From positions 1-26,495 of the forward strand of contig JAZSKX010000012.1 of assembly GCA_045535075.1 (NCBI GenBank): a DNA stretch of 26,495 nucleotides, given 5' to 3'. Position numbers and translations under genes: made by a program. Origin of the DNA: Candidatus Spyradenecus sp. GTDB lineage: Bacteria; Verrucomicrobiota; Verrucomicrobiia; Opitutales; UBA953. The notes beneath the pieces are model-generated. The model did no database searches. It was not told the origin of the DNA and was given only the letters and a program-made list of their open reading frames with translations. Positions 18,769-26,495 of the stretch are shown piece after piece. Position 1 is the first letter of the stretch; every line of letters starts with the position of its first letter.

Positions 18769-20835
18769 ATGTCGGACGGCGTTTTCACAAGCGGCGAAAA
18801 GCCTTTCAAGCTCTCATCGGAATTTAAACCGACGGGCGATCAGCCGCAGGCAATCGACCTCATCGCCCGAAGCGTCGAGCGTGGGAACAAATATCAGACA
18901 CTGCTCGGCGTAACCGGCTCCGGAAAAACTTTCACGATGGCGAACATCATCGAGCGCGTTCAACGCCCGACACTCATCATTTCGCACAACAAAACGCTCG
19001 CCGCCCAGCTTTATTCCGAGTTCAAACACTTTTTCCCCGACAACGCCGTCGAATATTTCATCAGTTACTACGATTATTATCAGCCGGAAGCCTACGTTCC
19101 CGCGACGGATACTTATATCGAAAAAGATTCCGCGATTAACGATGACATTGAGCGGCTGCGCATCGCGGCAAGCTCGGCTTTGCTTTCGCGACGCGACGTC
19201 ATCGTCATCGCGTCCGTTTCCTGCATTTACGGCTTGGGCTCGCCTCAGGATTTTCGCGAAATGATGATTCCGATGCGCGTCGGGATGCGCCTGCGCCGCG
19301 ACGAATTGCTCGAACGCCTCGTCGCCAACATTTACCGCCGCAACGATATCGAGCTGGAGCGTTGTTCATTCCGCGTGCGCGGCGACACCGTCGATGTTTT
19401 TCCCGCGTATATGGAAACTGCGATACGCATCACGTTTTTTGACGACGAAGTCGAAAGCATTCGCGAGCTTGATCCGCTCACCGGACGCGCGGGAACGAAG
19501 CTGAACCGCTTTGATTTGTATCCGGCAAGTCAATACATCACGACGCGGGAACGCATCAATGAAGCTATCGGGAAAATTCAAAACGAGCTCGAAGTGCAGG
19601 TTGCGAAGTTCGAGCGCGAAGGCAAATTGCTCGAAGCGCAACGCATCCGTATGCGCACGGAAAACGATATCGAAATGCTCCGCGAAACGGGCTTTTGCTT
19701 CGGCATCGAAAACTATTCCATGCACATAGGCGGACGCACGCCGGAGCAACGCCCGTGGTGCCTGCTGGACTTTTTCCCGAAGGATTTTCTCGTTTTCATC
19801 GACGAATCGCACGTTACGCTTCCGCAGATTCACGGCATGTCGCACGGCGACCGTTCCCGCAAAAACCGCCTTGTGGAATTCGGATTTCGCCTGCCGAGCG
19901 CCGTCGAAAACCGCCCGCTCAAACCGGAGGAATTTGACGAAGTCGTTCCGCAAACCGTTTTCGTTTCCGCCACGCCGGCGCCGTTCGAGCTGGAAAATTC
20001 CGCTGTCGTTGCCGAGCAGATTATCCGTCCGACGGGCTTGCTCGATCCCGTGATGGAAGTGCGCCCGATTAAGGGACAAATCGAAGACGTGATTCACGAA
20101 ACGACGCTCGCGATTGAGCGCGGCGAACGCGTGCTTGTTACAACGCTCACAAAGCGCATGAGCGAAGATATTTGCGAATTCATGCGGGAACGCGGAATGC
20201 GCGCCGAATATTTGCATTCCGACATCGACGCGATTGAGCGCGTGGAGATTTTGCGCCGCCTGCGCCAAGGCGCGTTCGACGTTCTCATCGGCGTCAATTT
20301 GCTCCGCGAAGGCTTAGACATTCCGGAAGCCGCGCTCGTAGCGATTCTCGATGCCGACAAGGAAGGATTTTTGCGTAGCGAAACCTCGATCATCCAAACG
20401 GCGGGACGCGCCGCGCGCCACGAAAACGGACGCGTTATTCTTTACGCGGACGTGATGACGCAGTCGCTCGCTCGCGCAATCGCAATTTGCCAACTGCGGC
20501 GGGAACGCCAGACGGCTTACAACGCCGAGCACGGAATTACGCCGCGCGGCGTGCGTCGCGCCGTGCAGGAAAGCCTGCTTCCGCCGCCGGACGAAGATGC
20601 GGGAACGCTGCTGATGGCGGCGGAAGGCGCGGGCGACGAAGATGTCGCCGCCGTGCTCGCAGAGCTCGAAGAGGAAATGCTCGCCGCTGCCGATCGTCTC
20701 GAATTTGAGAAAGCCGCATTGTTGCGCGACCAAATTGCCCTGCTCAAAAAAGGCGCGGCGGGAACGCCCGCTTCCGCGAAAAAATCCAAACCGTATTTTC
20801 CCGCCGTCAAAGCCAAAGCGCGCCGGAGAAAGTAG
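18769..20835 (+). CDS. uvrB: Excinuclease ABC subunit B
   Basis: PTGDQP, GVTGSGKT, YYDYYQPEAY beta-hairpin, DESH, NLLREGLD, QTAGRAAR and the C-terminal UVR domain (FEKAALLRD). Confidence 0.98.
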   Translation: MSDGVFTSGEKPFKLSSEFKPTGDQPQAIDLIARSVERGNKYQTLLGVTGSGKTFTMANIIERVQRPTLIISHNKTLAAQLYSEFKHFFPDNAVEYFISYYDYYQPEAYVPATDTYIEKDSAINDDIERLRIAASSALLSRRDVIVIASVSCIYGLGSPQDFREMMIPMRVGMRLRRDELLERLVANIYRRNDIELERCSFRVRGDTVDVFPAYMETAIRITFFDDEVESIRELDPLTGRAGTKLNRFDLYPASQYITTRERINEAIGKIQNELEVQVAKFEREGKLLEAQRIRMRTENDIEMLRETGFCFGIENYSMHIGGRTPEQRPWCLLDFFPKDFLVFIDESHVTLPQIHGMSHGDRSRKNRLVEFGFRLPSAVENRPLKPEEFDEVVPQTVFVSATPAPFELENSAVVAEQIIRPTGLLDPVMEVRPIKGQIEDVIHETTLAIERGERVLVTTLTKRMSEDICEFMRERGMRAEYLHSDIDAIERVEILRRLRQGAFDVLIGVNLLREGLDIPEAALVAILDADKEGFLRSETSIIQTAGRAARHENGRVILYADVMTQSLARAIAICQLRRERQTAYNAEHGITPRGVRRAVQESLLPPPDEDAGTLLMAAEGAGDEDVAAVLAELEEEMLAAADRLEFEKAALLRDQIALLKKGAAGTPASAKKSKPYFPAVKAKARRRK

Positions 20836-20862
20836 GAGCGCTTCGGGTTTTGCGAACGTGTT

Positions 20863-21795
20863 TTATCCGTTCCCGTGAGACTTTTCCAAATCGCGCCGGG
20901 CCTTGCTTCGAGTAACGAGATAGACACCGAAAAACACACTCATTGCCGCAAGCAGTTTTGTCCATGTAAAATGATCTTGCGCGACCGCGATGGCTAGGGC
21001 GCAGGCAACGATCGGCTGGACGTAATTGTACATGCTGGCACTCGTCGGGCGAATGCGTCGCACAGCCATCGGAATGAGCAGGTAAGCGAGAAAAGTTGCG
21101 CCGATGAGAACATATGCCATTGCTGCAATTGTTTGAAAGTCTGCGGGAACGATGAACATTCCTCCGGGGCGAAGCATCGCGGGAACGGTGAGCGGCGCGA
21201 CTTCCAAAACGGCAAAAAGAAACATCCATTTCATCATTGTTACGGCCTGATATTTTTCCGAGATCGGCTTGGAAAAAACGAAGTAAAGCGCGTAGATAAA
21301 ACTGCTGCCGAAGATACAGAGATTTCCTGCGAGGCTTGAGGCGGAAGCATTCTCCGAAGTCGTTGCAGAAAGCAGAACGAGCCAAATTGCACCGCCCGCG
21401 CCGACAAGTACTCCCGCTGTTTTCAGCCATGTAATCGGTTCCCGAAGAAAAATCGCTGCAAAAAGCATTACGATAATCGGCGTTCCCGTCGTAATCACGG
21501 ATGCATCGATCGGCGAAGTCATGCTTAAGCCCCAAATGAAAAGCGACTGATTCCCGGCGATTCCGCAAAGCGAGCAGGCAAAAAGTACGGCGATTTCCTT
21601 GAACTTGAGTTTCTCTTTCGGAAGGAAAAATGAAATCCCCCAGAAAAGCACGCAGGCGGCGAGCATGCGGGAAAGCGTATGAAATTCCGGTGTGAGCCTA
21701 CCGTCGAGCAACCATTTCGAAATCGGATAATTAATTCCGAAAATCAAATTCGCCGTAAAAATCAGCAAATGTCCTTGAATGCGTTCTTTAGTCAT
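20863..21795 (-). CDS. EamA/DMT family transporter (downstream paralogue)
   Basis: About 10 TM helices in two EamA repeats, TSPIDASVI, LREPIT and YNYVQPIVA. Confidence 0.9.
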   Translation of the reverse strand: MTKERIQGHLLIFTANLIFGINYPISKWLLDGRLTPEFHTLSRMLAACVLFWGISFFLPKEKLKFKEIAVLFACSLCGIAGNQSLFIWGLSMTSPIDASVITTGTPIIVMLFAAIFLREPITWLKTAGVLVGAGGAIWLVLLSATTSENASASSLAGNLCIFGSSFIYALYFVFSKPISEKYQAVTMMKWMFLFAVLEVAPLTVPAMLRPGGMFIVPADFQTIAAMAYVLIGATFLAYLLIPMAVRRIRPTSASMYNYVQPIVACALAIAVAQDHFTWTKLLAAMSVFFGVYLVTRSKARRDLEKSHGNG

Positions 21796-22714
21796 TTTTT
21801 GCCTTCGGGAGTTCCCGCGATTCGCTGCGCGTAACGATGTAGAGACCGCTCAAAACGGCGAGTGTTGCGAGGATTTTTTCCGGCGTAACAACGTCTTGAG
21901 CGAGTAGGGCTGCGAGCAAAAATGCGACAATCGGATGAATTGTGTTGTACATGCTTGCAGTTGTCGGTCGAATTCGTCTCACCGCCATCGGAATCAGCAG
22001 GTAGCCTAAAAACGATGTACCGAAAAACACGAATGCGATTGCCGCCCAAGCTTTGGCGTCGAGCGGCGCAAGAAGTAAAGTTTCGGCGCTTGCCATCGCG
22101 GGAACTGTGAACGGAAGGACTTGTAGCGTCGCGAAGAGAAACATCCATTTCATCATTGTCGTCGCCCGATATTTTTCCGAAAGCGGCTTGGAGAAAACGA
22201 AGTAAATCGCGTAAACAATACCGCTTGCAAATACGAGCAGATTGCCGAGCAAGCTTGATGCCGCGTTCCCGCTGCCGGGCGTCGTCGACTGGATTATCAG
22301 CCATGTAGCTCCCGCGGCGCCCAGCAAAACGCCGATTACTTTTTCCCGTGTTAAAGCTTCCCGAAGAATCAGCGCCGAAAACACAAGCACGAGAATCGGA
22401 CGTCCCGTCATGATGACCGAAGCGTCAATCGGCGATGTCTGCGCCAGCCCCCAAACAAAAAGCAGTTGATTGCCCGTAATTCCTCCGATTGAACACAGAA
22501 AAAAAATGCCGATTTCTCTGCGGGAAAGCTTTTCGCCCGGTAAAAAAAGTGAAAGTCCCCAAAACAAAACACAGGAGGCAATCAGGCGTACGGATAAATA
22601 AAAATCCGGAGTCAGATGCGTCGACAAAAGCCATTTCGAAATCGGGTAGTTGAGTGCAAAAATCAACGCCGACGCGAAAATCAGTAAATGTCCGATGATA
22701 CGCTCTTTTGCCAT
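21788..22714 (-). CDS. EamA/DMT family transporter (upstream paralogue)
   Basis: Same architecture as its neighbour. Start set to the ATG at 22714 (MAKERIIGH aligns with MTKERIQGH). Overlaps the next gene by 8 nt. Confidence 0.9.
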   Translation of the reverse strand: MAKERIIGHLLIFASALIFALNYPISKWLLSTHLTPDFYLSVRLIASCVLFWGLSLFLPGEKLSRREIGIFFLCSIGGITGNQLLFVWGLAQTSPIDASVIMTGRPILVLVFSALILREALTREKVIGVLLGAAGATWLIIQSTTPGSGNAASSLLGNLLVFASGIVYAIYFVFSKPLSEKYRATTMMKWMFLFATLQVLPFTVPAMASAETLLLAPLDAKAWAAIAFVFFGTSFLGYLLIPMAVRRIRPTTASMYNTIHPIVAFLLAALLAQDVVTPEKILATLAVLSGLYIVTRSESRELPKAKND

Positions 22715-23033
22715 TTTATTTCCCGCCGAAAATACGCTCTTCACTTCCGAAAGAAAATCGAAAAACTTTCCGGATAGAGGATGAAGTCATGGCGTGGCGG
22801 TGAAGCGTAAGGATTATTTTTTCACGGGAACGCCGCGACCTTCTTTGCCGATTTTTCATTCTTGTATTCAAGACTGATTGCTTCTTGTTTCGTTGTGTTC
22901 TTGGCGGGGGATTTTGTTTTCTCACGAAGCGGGCAAGGCTCACTAGGCTTTGAGGCGGATTGTTCAGAGATGTTACGGCATAACCTCAAAACGTTTTGCG
23001 TTTGCGGCGGGAATGCGTAATGCTCAGGCGGAT

Positions 23034-25682
23034 ATGCCAAGCGAAGAGCGAGCGGAGAATTTGCCTATTTTTGAACTGCGGGAACGTCTGAAAACTGCGT
23101 GCACGCGCTCTCGGCGCATCGTTCTCCAAGCGCCTACCGGTTCCGGGAAATCGACGCAGATTCCGCAGTTTTTGCTCGACGACGCGCTCGTTCCCGCCGG
23201 CAAACAAATTGTCGTGCTTCAGCCGCGCCGACTGCCGACGCGTATGCTCGCCGCGCGCATTGCGCGGGAACGCGGGCAAAATCTCGGCGGAGAAGTCGGC
23301 TACCAAATTCGTTTCGACCGTATCGAATCCGCGGATACGCGCATTAAATTTGTCACGGAAGGCTTGTTGCTACGCCAATTACTGGGCGGGAACGCGGCAG
23401 ACTCCGAAAAAATCGGCGCGATTGTTTTCGACGAATTTCACGAGCGGCATCTTTATTCGGATTTAACGCTTGCGTTTGCTCTGGAGCTTCAGCGCACGAC
23501 ACGCCCGGATTTGCTCATCATCGTGATGTCGGCAACGCTCGACACGGATTCGCTTGCCGCTTGGCTTGCGCCCTGCGAAACGCTGACGGCTCAAGGGCGC
23601 ATGTTCCCCATCGAAATCGAATATTCGGCAGCGGGCGGCGCAACCCGATTTGCGGGAACGCAGATGCGCAACGGATTTTTGCCGCGCTATGCGGTTTGGG
23701 ATCATGCGGCGGCGGCGTTTCGCAAAGCGTTTCACGCGGAGCCGGAGGGCGATTTTCTTATTTTCATGCCGGGTGCGTATGAAATCACAAAAACGATTGC
23801 GGCGATCGCGGGAACGCCGGAAGGGCGCGAATGTGCGCTGCTGCCGCTTTACGGCGAACTTTCCGCCGCCGAGCAGGATCGCGCCGTGGCGCCTGCGCCT
23901 GCGGGAACGCGCAAAGTCGTCGTCGCCACAAACGTTGCGGAAACGTCGCTGACGATTCCCGGCGTGCGCGTCGTGATTGATTCCGGCTTGGCGCGCATTG
24001 CGCGTTACGATCCGCATCGCGGCATCAACATGCTTCTTATTGAAAATATTTCGCAAAGTTCCGCCGACCAGCGTGCCGGGCGGGCAGGGCGAACCGCGCC
24101 GGGACGTTGCGTGCGGCTTTGGTCGCGTGCGGATCAGCAAAATCGCGCCGTGCGCGACGTTCCCGAAATCCGTCGTGTCGAACTCTCGGAAACGCTTTTG
24201 CTTTTAAAGGCTGGAGGTATTGAAAATTTGGATACGTTCCCGTGGTTTGAAAAGCCGGAAGCGCACGCGCTGGAAAAATCGCTGGAGCTTCTACGCGATT
24301 CGGGCGCGCTCGACGCGGCGGGAAAACTCACGCGCACGGGCGCGGCGATGGCGCGTTTCCCGCTTCATCCGCGCTACGCACGCATGATGATTGCCGCGAA
24401 CGAGCTCGGTTGCTTGCGTCAAATCGCCTTCGTCGCGGCGATGGCGCAGGGGCGCGACATTATGCTCGAACTCGCCGATCGCCGACGTAGCGAAGACCGC
24501 GAAGATTTGCTCGGCGAAACGGATTCCGATTTTTTCCATCGTCTGACACTGCTCGGCATGGCGCGAAAAAAGGATTTTGATTTCGAGTTTTGCAAGCGTT
24601 GGGGCATTCATGCGGGTGCGGCGCGGCAGGCGGATCGGCTCGCGGCACAGTTTTTGAAAATTGCGGAAAATGTTTTTGCGCGGGAACGCCGCGAAAGAGA
24701 AACGTTGTCGGCGGGAACGTCGGGTGCGCCGGACGTTTCTCCCGATATTTATGATGCCGTTCGCCAATGCCTTTTGCTCGGGTTCGTCTCGCAACTGGCG
24801 CGGCGCGTTGATGCGGGAACGCTGCGTTGCAAGCTCGTTCACGGGCGTAGCGGCGAGTTGCGGCGCGGGAGCGCGGTGCGGCACGCGAGGCTCTTGGTCG
24901 CGGCGGAAGTGGAGGAAATTCAGACGCGCGGTGAAGTTACGGTTTTCCTTTCGCTTGCGACGGCGGTCGAAGAAGCTTGGCTTGAAAAATATTTTCCCGA
25001 AGATTTTGAAACGCGCGACACGGTGAGCTTTGATGCGGCGCAAAAGCGCGTGCTCACGCGGCGGGAACGCGTGTTTCGCGGACTCGTACTGAGCTCACGG
25101 GAACTGCCGGATGTCGTGAGCGATGCGGCTTCGCGTATGCTTGCGGATGAGGTGATTGCCGAGCGGCTTGTTTTGGAAAAATGGGATACGCAGGTCGAAG
25201 CGTGGATTAACAAAGTGAATTTTGCCGCGAAGCATTGCCCGGAGCTCGGCATCGCGACGCTTGATGATGACGGGCGGCGCATGCTTGTGGAGGAGCTTTG
25301 CCTCGGAGCGACGGCTTACAGGGATATTCGAGAAAAATCCGTTTGGAAAACGCTTCGAGGCTGGCTCTCACAGGAGCAGGAAATGGCGATGGACTCGCTG
25401 TTGCCGGATTCGGTTTCGCTCCCGCGCAAACGCCATCCCGCGAAAATCGTTTACACCGCAGATTGCGAGGCGGTTATCGGCGCGACGGTGCAGGAACTTT
25501 ACGATTGCCCGGGCGAACGCTTAAGAATTTGCGGCGGGAACGTGCCGCTCATCGTCGAAGTGCAATCACCGGCGCGGCGTACGGTTCAGCGCACGGCGGA
25601 CTTGGACGCGTTTTGGAAAACATCTTACGAGCACGTAAAAAAAGACCTCAAAGGCCGCTACCCGAAGCACGAATGGCGGTGA
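23034..25682 (+). CDS. hrpB: ATP-dependent DEAH-box RNA helicase HrpB
   Basis: LPI, APTGSGKST, QPRR, DEFHER, MSATL, ATNVAETSLTIPG, QRAGRAGR, HPR and the HrpB C-terminal FW..SY..VKKDLKGRYPKHEW. Start at 23034 is approximate. Confidence 0.93.
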   Translation: MPSEERAENLPIFELRERLKTACTRSRRIVLQAPTGSGKSTQIPQFLLDDALVPAGKQIVVLQPRRLPTRMLAARIARERGQNLGGEVGYQIRFDRIESADTRIKFVTEGLLLRQLLGGNAADSEKIGAIVFDEFHERHLYSDLTLAFALELQRTTRPDLLIIVMSATLDTDSLAAWLAPCETLTAQGRMFPIEIEYSAAGGATRFAGTQMRNGFLPRYAVWDHAAAAFRKAFHAEPEGDFLIFMPGAYEITKTIAAIAGTPEGRECALLPLYGELSAAEQDRAVAPAPAGTRKVVVATNVAETSLTIPGVRVVIDSGLARIARYDPHRGINMLLIENISQSSADQRAGRAGRTAPGRCVRLWSRADQQNRAVRDVPEIRRVELSETLLLLKAGGIENLDTFPWFEKPEAHALEKSLELLRDSGALDAAGKLTRTGAAMARFPLHPRYARMMIAANELGCLRQIAFVAAMAQGRDIMLELADRRRSEDREDLLGETDSDFFHRLTLLGMARKKDFDFEFCKRWGIHAGAARQADRLAAQFLKIAENVFARERRERETLSAGTSGAPDVSPDIYDAVRQCLLLGFVSQLARRVDAGTLRCKLVHGRSGELRRGSAVRHARLLVAAEVEEIQTRGEVTVFLSLATAVEEAWLEKYFPEDFETRDTVSFDAAQKRVLTRRERVFRGLVLSSRELPDVVSDAASRMLADEVIAERLVLEKWDTQVEAWINKVNFAAKHCPELGIATLDDDGRRMLVEELCLGATAYRDIREKSVWKTLRGWLSQEQEMAMDSLLPDSVSLPRKRHPAKIVYTADCEAVIGATVQELYDCPGERLRICGGNVPLIVEVQSPARRTVQRTADLDAFWKTSYEHVKKDLKGRYPKHEWR

Positions 25683-25798
25683 TTATAAAAGCGGCTAGGC
25701 GATTTTCGGACGAATCATTTGATGTAAAAATGTGCAATGAAAAAGCCCTTACCTGATCGTCGCCGGACAGCTGTTCCCGCATAAAACGTAATCTTCGT

Positions 25799-26495
25799 TC
25801 ACAAGCTAAAATTACAAGCAAAGCAGTGGGCGCTTTTCATTTTGCCCCTTTTAAAAGTCGCACACCAACTCCAGCCGCCTTGTTCTTGGATGGGGTCGCG
25901 GGAGAGGAAGCGGCCGAGCGAGGGGGAATAGTGGCGGTAGTTGTAGTAAACGAGGTCGAGTTCGGAGTCGTAGTATTCCGACGACCATTGGAAGTTTTGG
26001 ACAACGTCGTTTTCGGAAGCGGTAACGGAACCGAACGGAGTGTAGGAATACGCCGTGCGGATGTAACCGTTCGGTCCGAAAAGTTCGCAGACGTTTTTCG
26101 TGATGTCGTAGCCATAGGTGAACCACGTGCCGTCCTTTTGGATTGCGAGCGGACGCGTCGCGGTCGGCTGAGACGGATTCCAAGTAACGAGCCACAAAGC
26201 CGGATGCGCCGAACGCGTTAAATCGAGCGCCGCAATTTGCAAATACCCGCGGTAAATGTAGCGGTGATGCAGCATCGTCGTTCCCGCAACCGTTACTTTC
26301 TTCTCAAACCGCCGCCCCTGCGAATCGTAGGCGCATTCCACGACGGTTTGCGTTCCCGCGTTTTCAAAGCGCACCGGGCGGTTTTCCGCGTTGTAGGCGA
26401 TTGTCCACGTTCCCGTGGAAGTGCGGATGAGCGTTGCATTCCCGTCCGCGTCATACGCCAACGCCTCCACCACGCCTTCGGCGCGGTCCCCCTCC
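25799..26495 (-). pseudogene. Rhs (YD-repeat) core fragment, cut by the window edge at the 5' end and truncated before the DPxG/toxin domain
   Basis: YDADGN, YNAENRP, YDSQGRR, YSYTPFG and FQWSSEYYDSELDLVYYNYRHYSPSLGRFLSRDPIQEQGGW, then 23 unrelated residues and a stop. Confidence 0.75.
26464..26495. repeat. Possible REP-like palindromic element (CCTCC-ACCACGCC-TTC-GGCGCGGT-CCCCCTCC), cut by the window end
   Basis: 8-bp hairpin with one mismatch (a G-U pair on the minus strand), flanked by CCTCC repeats. Resembles CCCCTCC-hairpin-CCCCCTCCCC intergenic repeats, recalled rather than searched. Confidence 0.45.

Larger units (their letters stand above)
2331..26359. repeat. Dispersed, highly over-represented 9-mer GCGGGAACG/CGTTCCCGC (consensus RCGGGAACG)
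   Basis: About 60 exact copies by manual count, e.g. 2331, 2434, 3610, 4685, 5615, 8965, 11136, 12563, 12582, 14225, 14266, 14287, 16718, 17123, 19489, 20499, 23652, 24711, 25061, 26351. About 25 further CGGGAACG 8-mers, many preceded by A. Confidence 0.95.

Noticed and set aside
22715..23033. 319-bp divergent intergenic region upstream of EamA and hrpB, a possible riboswitch or sRNA
   Set aside because: Only weak imperfect hairpins and no riboswitch consensus I can recognise. An Rfam/Infernal search would settle it. The short ORFs here look spurious.
2331..26359. GCGGGAAC resembles the 3' end of some type I-E CRISPR repeats
   Set aside because: Copies are dispersed inside genes on both strands, with no regular repeat-spacer period and no cas genes.
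1..26495. tRNA, rRNA, transposase, integrase or defence genes
   Set aside because: None recognised; nearly all sequence is accounted for by the listed CDSs.

Overview
A mostly housekeeping bacterial window, probably from Verrucomicrobiota/Opitutales. That is an inference from the PEP-CTERM style, the Rhs core style and the gene content. In order it holds: the 3' end of an AT-richer polysaccharide locus (acetyltransferase fragment, GT2, Wzy-like protein, GT4); a PEP-CTERM protein; clpB behind a consensus sigma-54 promoter; rodZ-like; thrB; a cytoplasmic cNMP-domain histidine kinase with a stand-alone receiver; pfkA and gpmI (divergent); an alpha2-type glycyl-tRNA synthetase; a DUF3298-like lipoprotein; an MECR/ETR-like enoyl reductase; panE; uvrB; two tandem EamA paralogues; hrpB; and a C-terminally truncated Rhs core at the right edge. 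The most striking feature is not a gene. The non-palindromic 9-mer GCGGGAACG/CGTTCCCGC occurs about 60 times by manual count, against about 0.2-0.3 expected by chance, with about 25 more CGGGAACG 8-mers. It lies on both strands and in all six reading frames, forms inverted pairs in terminator stems, is densest in uvrB and hrpB, and is absent from the wzy gene. This matches the behaviour of DNA uptake sequences (DUS/USS), but with a sequence I do not recognise. All counts were made by eye and need computational confirmation.
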